This document shows positions 47,124 to 54,210 of a stretch of DNA of 64,000 nt, piece by piece. Made by a program: the position numbers and the translations under genes. The stretch is from positions 24,544 to 88,543 of the forward strand of contig JALVDV010000004.1 in NCBI GenBank assembly GCA_027008775.1, given 5' to 3'. Source of the DNA: Candidatus Moraniibacteriota bacterium (GTDB lineage Bacteria > Patescibacteriota > Minisyncoccia > Moranbacterales > DUUL01). The number at the start of each line of letters is the position of its first letter. The stretch's first letter is position 1. The notes below the pieces were generated by a model, which searched no databases, was not told where the DNA came from, and saw only the letters and a program-made list of their open reading frames with translations.

Positions 47124-48332
47124 TTAAAGCGTTGTTTCTTTCCATGTCTTGGAATCACATTTGTTGATGGTACACGAATTACTGCAAGTTGCAGGGCATT
47201 GTCCATTGTTTCCACCGTTATCACATTCTTCGCTTCCCTCTTTAATACCGTCACCACAAACAGGAACGATGACAACTCTTACATCACTGTTTGCACTGAG
47301 TCCGGAATAGCTTCCAGCAACATTAGTTCTGCCGGCGTTGACGCCTGTAACAAGACCTTTGTTGGTTGTATTATTGACTGATGCAATACTTGTATTGGCA
47401 CTGCTCCAGTTTGTGCTAGTTGTTACATCAGTAGCGCCCGCGTGATTATTGCAATCTATACTTCTACCGACAGCGTAGTAGGCACGGAGTTGTTTGGTGC
47501 CTCTCTTATTTACCAGGAGTTGACTGGGGCAGACGATTAAAACAGGTCTGGGGGAAGTGACTGTCGCACTACTGGTTGCGTTGAGACCAGAGTAGCTTCC
47601 GGTTATATTGGTTCCACCAACATTAACTCCTGTAACAAGACCTTTGTTGGTTGTATTATTGACTGATGCAATACTTGTATTGGCACTGCTCCAGTTTGTG
47701 CTAGTTGTTACATCAGTAGCGCTCGCGTGATTATTGCAATCTATACTTCTACCGACAGCGTAGTAGGCGCGAAGTTGTTGGGTGCGTCCTTTTTCTACAG
47801 AGAACAGATTAGGGCAGACAATCAAGGTGCTGGCTGGGATTCTGGCGTTAAAACTGATCCAGCCTAGCTCATTAGACCAAGCATAACCATTTATTTGACC
47901 AGAGGAGGGATTAACAATTACTCTGTGATTGGCCCCGCTCATTTTAATCCAGCCTTGCCAACCGCCGGAGTTTCCTCTAGCACTTTCTTGAGCTATGCCT
48001 ACAATCCTGGCCCAGCCGATCAAATTATTACCAACTCGTCTAACGCTGCTGTTGGGCCCCTCTGGATAAGGTCCACTGGGGTTGAAATTGATCCACCCAA
48101 TATTGCTACTCCAAGCATAACCTGTAACGTTACCGTCGCCGTTGGGAACATTGATTCCATAATTAACACTTCCTCCCCCGGTGAGATTATTGGTGCTAAT
48201 CCATCCAAGGTTGGTATTGCTTCCTCCCCATAGCCAACCAGTAACATTTTCGTTGTTACCAGCTTTCGCTTGAATGTTTGTGGCCAAAAAAGCGATGGCT
48301 ATGAAGAGTGCAACCAGTATTTTTTTGAGCAT
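47124..48332 (-). CDS. secreted multi-domain protein: GW-containing repeats, two near-identical Big_2 Ig-like domains, C-terminal Myxococcus-type cysteine-rich repeat
   Basis: Signal peptide; repeated 'GWIS/GWIN' motifs; duplicated 'LRAYYAVGRSIDCNNHA.ATDVTTSTNWSSANTSIASV'; C-terminal 'CGDGIKEGSEECDNGGNNGQC'. Confidence 0.55.
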   Translation of the reverse strand: MLKKILVALFIAIAFLATNIQAKAGNNENVTGWLWGGSNTNLGWISTNNLTGGGSVNYGINVPNGDGNVTGYAWSSNIGWINFNPSGPYPEGPNSSVRRVGNNLIGWARIVGIAQESARGNSGGWQGWIKMSGANHRVIVNPSSGQINGYAWSNELGWISFNARIPASTLIVCPNLFSVEKGRTQQLRAYYAVGRSIDCNNHASATDVTTSTNWSSANTSIASVNNTTNKGLVTGVNVGGTNITGSYSGLNATSSATVTSPRPVLIVCPSQLLVNKRGTKQLRAYYAVGRSIDCNNHAGATDVTTSTNWSSANTSIASVNNTTNKGLVTGVNAGRTNVAGSYSGLSANSDVRVVIVPVCGDGIKEGSEECDNGGNNGQCPATCSNSCTINKCDSKTWKETTL

Positions 48333-48535
48333 ATTGTTTTTATTTTCTTTTTTTAAAGACTGTTAATCTCTTTCGCTTCATCTTTATTCTAGGGTATTTG
48401 TTTTTAAAAGTCAACCCTGCGCAACTTGACTTTTTTGGTAAAATGTGTTATTATGCGGAGTTGATTTGTTCTTTGAAAATTAAATAAAAAATATTAGGCC
48501 TATTTCCTGTGGGAATGGGCGAAGGAGGAAAAAAG

Positions 48536-49489
48536 ATGAAAAAATTTTCTATTTTTGTCATTATCATTATTTTTATTTTTATTTTTGGTAGGAGTACGCA
48601 GGCTACTACATGCCTGCAGGACGTCCCGTACAAAAATCAGGCTTGGGTTAAGCCTGATTTTTCAGAAAAGAAGTTCTTGGGGGTTGATATTTATTTGCCC
48701 CCCAATTTTTCGTTTTTTTCTGATGACCACTATCCTGTGGTCATTTACCTCCACTCCGGTGGAGGTTTCATGGGTAGCAAGGAGCTACCCAACTTCCCCG
48801 CCGAGAAAAAGGCGGTGGAATACTTGGCAGAGACGGGGCACGTAGTGTTGTGCCCTGATTATTCCCTGAATTTGAAAGCGGGTAAAACCGCTTTTGACGC
48901 TATCCAGGATATCAGGGATTTAATTTCCTGGATGGTAACTCGGCCGCTGGCGATGTTTGCCAGTCCGGCTGAAAATTTCCATATGGATACCTCTCGCGTG
49001 TCCATGGTAGGTACGTCCTATGGGGCGTACCTTGCCTTGATGATTACCCGGGAGGAGACCGCTGTGCCAATCACACGATTGGTGTTAAACAGCGGTATAT
49101 ACGACCTGAGGCAATTTTTTCCGGAAGAGACAGCCTTTCCGGGTGAGACTGCCATCATGATAGCTAATATTGTTGGCTATCATGGTCCAGATTACTGGAC
49201 ACAGGTCAAAAAAGAGGGGACCATTTTTGTTCCAGAGGAGGAGAGTTTAGCTCTCCAAAACTGGGACAGCCCTCTCTTCATGAAGAAGAGGGGGGAATTT
49301 TCCCTTGAATTTTCTGGGACGACGGTGAAGACCGTCGTTATTATTCACGGAGAGGATGATGAAGTGATCCCCTTCTCTCAAGCGTTACTGGGAGTAGAGG
49401 GACTGAATGCCACCCTCGTTTCCTTTGAGGGTGGGCATGGACTAAACTTCCCGGTCTTCCGGGAAGTTTGGGAAGCAGCACTTTTTTAA
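48536..49489 (+). CDS. secreted alpha/beta-hydrolase (esterase/lipase-like)
   Basis: Signal peptide; oxyanion 'HSGGGF', nucleophile elbow 'GTSYGAY'; SD GAAGGAGG. Codon usage atypical for this window. Confidence 0.7.
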   Translation: MKKFSIFVIIIIFIFIFGRSTQATTCLQDVPYKNQAWVKPDFSEKKFLGVDIYLPPNFSFFSDDHYPVVIYLHSGGGFMGSKELPNFPAEKKAVEYLAETGHVVLCPDYSLNLKAGKTAFDAIQDIRDLISWMVTRPLAMFASPAENFHMDTSRVSMVGTSYGAYLALMITREETAVPITRLVLNSGIYDLRQFFPEETAFPGETAIMIANIVGYHGPDYWTQVKKEGTIFVPEEESLALQNWDSPLFMKKRGEFSLEFSGTTVKTVVIIHGEDDEVIPFSQALLGVEGLNATLVSFEGGHGLNFPVFREVWEAALF

Positions 49490-49496
49490 AAGAGCA

Positions 49497-49521
49497 AGCC
49501 TGCCCCTGTGGCAGGCTTTTT
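49497..49521 (+). terminator. terminator AGCCTGCC-cctgt-GGCAGGCT followed by TTTTT
   Basis: Read directly. Confidence 0.8.
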
Positions 49522-49563
49522 AAATACAAGAAGTAAGTATTGATAAGATAATTAATAGAGAAA

Positions 49564-49989
49564 TCACTGCCTTATTTTTTTTATTTTTTTGTTGATTGCT
49601 GAGTGATTGGTATTTTGTTTAATGAATTTTTGCCAAAAAAATACTAAAAAGCCGACAGTGATGAAAATATCGGCCAAGTTAAAAGTTGGAAATTTTCCCA
49701 AGGAAATAAAATCAACGACGCAACGGTGTTGCAAGCGATCTAGGAGATTGCCGAAAGCGCCACTCAGGATAAAAAGCAGGGAATAGGGAAGGCGGGATTT
49801 GTAGGTGTAATAGATTAAGAATATTAAGGAGAAAATGACAACTAGCCAAAGAATGTTTTGATTAAGATTGATTCCCCAAGAGATCCCGGGGTTACAAATT
49901 TTTTTTAAAGTGAAGCATTTGGAAAATTGATCAAGAGATACCAAGAGTATTGTAAAGAGAGCTTTCTTGATTAATTCTTTTTGACTCAT
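49564..49989 (-). CDS. lspA: lipoprotein signal peptidase (signal peptidase II)
   Basis: 'VVDFISLGKFPTFNLADIFITVG'; four TM. Confidence 0.8.
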   Translation of the reverse strand: MSQKELIKKALFTILLVSLDQFSKCFTLKKICNPGISWGINLNQNILWLVVIFSLIFLIYYTYKSRLPYSLLFILSGAFGNLLDRLQHRCVVDFISLGKFPTFNLADIFITVGFLVFFWQKFIKQNTNHSAINKKIKKIRQ

Positions 49990-50022
49990 TGTATTGGTGA
50001 GATGGTGAGAGAAACAGTTCTT

Positions 50023-50388
50023 TTAAAGAGCGTTCTCTCTGTGGGCGCAAGCGGAACAAGTTCTGGCTTCGGGAAAAGCCAATAGTCTTTCTTGAGAAAT
50101 TTCCTTGCCGCAAATTTCACAGCGACCGTAGGTGCCGTCAGCAATTTTTTGCAAAGCTGCTTCCACATTTTTCAAATCTTTAACCAAAACCTCAACAACA
50201 CTGCTTTCGTTAAGCCAATCTTCAACTTCATTGGCATTGGTTTCCGGATCTCTTTCTTCGTCAATATATTTGGCTTCCCAGGTTCCGTCTTCGTTTTTTC
50301 TGGCAACCTTGGTTAGCTTTTGTTCCAGTTTTTCTTTTTTTATTTCCAGTTCTTTTTTGATTTTTTCTAAAGTTTTTTTGTCTAACAT
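50023..50388 (-). CDS. DksA/TraR-family C4 zinc-finger protein
   Basis: 'CEICGKEISQERLLAFPEARTCSAC' plus N-terminal coiled coil. Confidence 0.8.
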   Translation of the reverse strand: MLDKKTLEKIKKELEIKKEKLEQKLTKVARKNEDGTWEAKYIDEERDPETNANEVEDWLNESSVVEVLVKDLKNVEAALQKIADGTYGRCEICGKEISQERLLAFPEARTCSACAHRENAL

Positions 50389-50829
50389 GTTTTTTGATTG
50401 GTTAGATTTATTAGTTAGAGCTTTTTTGTCTTTTTGTGGGATTTTATTTGTTGTTTAAATGAAATATGAATCAAACCAAGCTTAACATTGATTACTTGTT
50501 TTGTAAATAAAAATTAATTAGGGGAAAGGAGCAGTTGGCAAATATCAATATAAAAACGGTGGAAATTTTTTCGCAAGCAACAGGTTGTAAATTGTAAAAA
50601 TAAGTTATATGTTTTGAGTGGGTTGAAAACTATTGGCTAACCTAAATTAAAGAGAAGCCTGGAGAATTGACTTTTTGTCGGGTGAGGCTATAATTTTGAC
50701 AAAGGGTGGGGTATGAAGAAGTGGGATTGGTAATGTTGGAATGTTTTTTGGCGGATTGTGATTGTTTGTAATTAGTCTGTTAAAATTGTGATTGACATTT
50801 TTATTAATTAATGCTAGTATTTTGTTGTT

Positions 50830-51120
50830 ATGATAAACGGTTTAGGGACCAAAACAAGTTGTCCGGTTTGCAAGAAACAGAGAAATTTGCAAATGGACAG
50901 GGTTGTTTCCGATAGGGGTGGCGCTTTTGTTGTTTACAACAGATGTCCTCATTGCCAGAGCGCTTTTTTGGCAACTATTTCTGAAAGTAGAGAAAGAGGA
51001 CTTTTGGTGGTAGAGACTTTGACAGATTTGAGTTACCAAGAAGCTTTAGCAGTTCTGGGAAAAAGACCTTTGGTGGCCGATGCCCTTTTGGAGATTTACG
51101 AAACTTTGTATAAAAGTTAG
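50830..51120 (+). CDS. small hypothetical zinc-ribbon protein (CPVC...CPHC)
   Basis: ORF with promoter TTGACA-17-TAGTAT upstream. Confidence 0.4.
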   Translation: MINGLGTKTSCPVCKKQRNLQMDRVVSDRGGAFVVYNRCPHCQSAFLATISESRERGLLVVETLTDLSYQEALAVLGKRPLVADALLEIYETLYKS

Positions 51121-51155
51121 ATTTAAAAGTTTATTTAATTCAGGAGGAAATTTGG

Positions 51156-51884
51156 TTGAAATTGTTTTGGCCGAATTTCGCAAGCAGAGAGATTATGACA
51201 AAAGAAGTTTTAAAAGCAGAAAAAAGAGAGAAAAAAGAGAAAAGGGAGGGATCTATTCCAGCTATTCTTTATGGCAAAGGAGTGGAAAATCAAATGCTTT
51301 GGTTAAATGAGAAAGAGTTTGGGAAAGTTTTTGCTGAGACAGGAGAGAGCACTTTGCTGGATTTGGAGATTGCCGGAGAGAAAAATAAACGAGCTGTTTT
51401 GATTCATGATTTTCAAAGACATCCATTAACGGAGAAATATATCCACGTTGATTTGTTCCAAGTTGATATGAAAGAGAAGATTGAAACGGAAATTGAGCTT
51501 GTCTTTACCGGGGTGGCGCCGGCTGTTAAGGAATTGGGGGGAACTTTGGTGGAGAATATAGACAAGTTGCCGGTCAGGTGTTTACCGGGTGATTTGGTCT
51601 CCAGTATTGAAGTTAATGTTTCAGCATTGAAAACTTTTGAAGATCATATTTATGTTAAGGACTTGAATATTCCGGAAGGAATGGAGGTTTTGGTGGAAGA
51701 TGATTTAGTGGTGGCTTTGGTTACTCCACCGCGAACGGCGGCGGAAATGGAGGCGCTAAATGAAGAACCGGAAGCCGATATTTCTCAAGTAGAGGGAATG
51801 GAAGAAGAGGCGGAGAAGGAAGAGTCTTCGGAGACGGGTGGAGAGAAGTCTTCCGGAGAAGAGAAGCAGGAAGAAAGCAAGTAG
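51156..51884 (+). CDS. rplY: ribosomal protein bL25 (general stress protein Ctc form) with acidic C-terminal tail
   Basis: 'GSIPAILYGKG', 'HDFQRHPL...IHVDLFQV'. TTG start at 51156 is preceded by SD AGGAGG. The internal ATG 51195 (MTKEVLKAEKRE) matches the canonical N-terminus better. Confidence 0.8.
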   Translation: MKLFWPNFASREIMTKEVLKAEKREKKEKREGSIPAILYGKGVENQMLWLNEKEFGKVFAETGESTLLDLEIAGEKNKRAVLIHDFQRHPLTEKYIHVDLFQVDMKEKIETEIELVFTGVAPAVKELGGTLVENIDKLPVRCLPGDLVSSIEVNVSALKTFEDHIYVKDLNIPEGMEVLVEDDLVVALVTPPRTAAEMEALNEEPEADISQVEGMEEEAEKEESSETGGEKSSGEEKQEESK

Positions 51885-51958
51885 TTTATTGAGGCCTGAA
51901 GGGTTGAGGTGTTTGCTGTTTATTTGTTTTGCCGACCGGATAATTTGCTTCTAGTTAA

Positions 51959-53239
51959 ATGAAACAAAAAAAGAAAACAAAATTAAATTATTATTTCTTT
52001 GAGTCAGAGAGCGGAAAAAGGATGGTTTTAGTCCTGCTTCTGCTTTTTGTTTTTTTATTGCCCCTGTTCCAAGCGCGAGCCGGTGATGACAGTGAGGATA
52101 AAATTGATGACACAAAGAGCGCTATAAAAAAATTGGAGAAAAAAAAGAAGAAAAAGGAAGCCATTAAACAAAAATATGTGCAAGAGGCCAAGGCGGTGCG
52201 CAGTCACATTAACAGATTGTCGGTAAGTATCTACAGTTTAAATAAACAGGTAAGTAGATTAGAGGAGGAGTTGAATCAGTGTCAGGAAAATATAAATAGA
52301 ACCGAGGCTGAGATTCAAAAGAAGAAACAAAGACTGGCCGGGCTTTTGCGAGAGTTGTCTGCCTATCAAAAAGAGATGAGCTTAATTGTGTTGGATAAAA
52401 GAAAGGGGTTGAATACCTACATTAGATTGCGCCGGGAAGTGGAGAGATTGCAAAGTGAACTTATAGACAGTTTAAATGAATTGAAAGCAGAAAAAGAGGA
52501 TTTGCAAAGAGAAAAAGAAAATAAAGAGGCTCTAAAGGAGCAGTTGTTGGAGAAGAAAAGTAGTTTGGAAGGAGAAAAGCGTCAGAAAACTTTGGTTTTA
52601 CAGTCGGCCAATCAAAAAATTGCCGATCAAGATAAAGAAATAAAGGCAATTGAAAGAAAAATAAATCATTTGCGGGCCACCTTGTCCAGTTTTTTGGGAA
52701 AATCTTTTGATGCCAAGGATATTGTGGAAGCGGTGCGTTTTGCCAGCAAGAAGACGGGTGTCAGGAAAGAATTTCTAATGGCCATGTTGGATAAAGAAAG
52801 CGATTTGGGCAGATTTACCGGGGGTTGTACTTACAAGAATACGAAAATGAAATCGTCGGAGAAGGATCTTTTTAAAAAGATCTGTAAAGAACTGGGTTAT
52901 AACTACAAAAAAAAGAAAATCTCTTGCGCTTTGAGTTATGGCTACGGCGGAGCAATGGGAGTGGCCCAATTTATGCCTTCAACCTGGATGGGTTATAAAT
53001 CAATCATTGCTCGCCACACCGGGCATAATCCACCGGATCCTTGGGATTTGACGGACGGAGTGATGGCTATGGCGGAAAAATTAAAGAGGGCAGGCGCAGA
53101 CAGAAAAAAAGGTGAGCATTATGCGGCTAAAATTTATTATTGTGGATCGCCGCGTAGCAAATATTGGAATACCCACTGTGAAGCTTATGCCGATACGGTG
53201 GTTAGTTGGGCCAAGGGTGGATACGATGAGTATTTCTAG
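51959..53239 (+). CDS. membrane-anchored coiled-coil protein with a C-terminal lytic-transglycosylase (SLT-like) domain
   Basis: EnvC-like coiled coil; 'ESDLGRF...GYGGAMGVAQFMPSTW'. Confidence 0.55.
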   Translation: MKQKKKTKLNYYFFESESGKRMVLVLLLLFVFLLPLFQARAGDDSEDKIDDTKSAIKKLEKKKKKKEAIKQKYVQEAKAVRSHINRLSVSIYSLNKQVSRLEEELNQCQENINRTEAEIQKKKQRLAGLLRELSAYQKEMSLIVLDKRKGLNTYIRLRREVERLQSELIDSLNELKAEKEDLQREKENKEALKEQLLEKKSSLEGEKRQKTLVLQSANQKIADQDKEIKAIERKINHLRATLSSFLGKSFDAKDIVEAVRFASKKTGVRKEFLMAMLDKESDLGRFTGGCTYKNTKMKSSEKDLFKKICKELGYNYKKKKISCALSYGYGGAMGVAQFMPSTWMGYKSIIARHTGHNPPDPWDLTDGVMAMAEKLKRAGADRKKGEHYAAKIYYCGSPRSKYWNTHCEAYADTVVSWAKGGYDEYF

Positions 53240-53268
53240 AAATTTTAGGGGATAAGTTTTTCCACTAC

Positions 53269-53298
53269 AAAACTCCGCTAAATTGTGGCGGAGTTTTT
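53269..53298. terminator. bidirectional terminator AAAACTCCGC-loop-GCGGAGTTTT
   Basis: Read directly between convergent genes. Confidence 0.75.
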
Positions 53299-53361
53299 AA
53301 AATGAAGATTTTTTCTTTGTGGATGGTTGGCTGGCGTTTTAGATATTTCAGGCTGTTTGTA

Positions 53362-53823
53362 CTAGCCGAATATTTTTAAAAAGGTGGCAGTTAAAATAGC
53401 GCCATAAATCAAGCCGACGATTACTTCCGATTTGTGGTGACCAATTCTTTCTTTGAGCCGAGGAAAATCTTTTTTTTCCAACTTAGTTTCCTCTACCAAA
53501 TTCTTGACCAACATATTGAGATAGCGTCCCTGATCGCCTAAGTACATCCGTAAACGAAGGGCGTCATCTAAAATTAAAAAACCTAAAGCGGTGGCCACTA
53601 CAAAGGAACCGCTGTTTACACCGTCAACGTAGATGGTGGTCATTAAAACGGAGATAGCGAAAGCGCTGTGGGCGGAGGGCATATGACCATGAGTGAGAAG
53701 ATAGTTCCATTTAATTCCGTGTTTGAAAGAAAAGAGAACGAATTTTGTTAGCTGGGTAATGACGCCAACAAAAATAGGGATGAAGACCACCGGGGAGAGG
53801 GAGTGAAGGGGTAAAATTGTCAT
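53362..53823 (-). CDS. DUF212 / divergent PAP2-family membrane protein
   Basis: 'GMPSAHSA' PAP2-like motif; four TM. Confidence 0.6.
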   Translation of the reverse strand: MTILPLHSLSPVVFIPIFVGVITQLTKFVLFSFKHGIKWNYLLTHGHMPSAHSAFAISVLMTTIYVDGVNSGSFVVATALGFLILDDALRLRMYLGDQGRYLNMLVKNLVEETKLEKKDFPRLKERIGHHKSEVIVGLIYGAILTATFLKIFG

Positions 53824-54027
53824 TTTTTTATGAAAAAATTGTTAGAAGATCAATGTTTGTTTTGCTTGGAGGTGTGTTGGAAAAAGTATTGATTGACGGG
53901 GGATGATTTTGAAGGATTTTTCTATTCTGATTATCCTACATTTGGGCTATTCTGGCAATAGACGGTTCCCCAGACGGTTTCCCACTTAGCCAAGGCTTCG
54001 GGGGGCAGGGACAGTTCACGGTTTGCT

Positions 54028-54076
54028 GCTCACTGCTCACTGCTCACTGCTCACTGCTCACTGTTCATTGTTCACT
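54028..54076. repeat. heptanucleotide tandem repeat (GCTCACT)x5 plus two degenerate units, in a divergent promoter region
   Basis: Read directly: gctcactgctcactgctcactgctcactgctcactgttcattgttcact. Confidence 0.85.
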
Positions 54077-54210
54077 GTCATTATTATTTGGCAATAATTT
54101 CAAAGTGGTATATAATATCCTCAGCCTGTTTTTGGGCGGTGTGGTTTGTGGTTTTTGTTGATTGCGAATCTTAACTGTAGAATAAAATAATTAAGTTATG
54201 TAAAGAAAAA

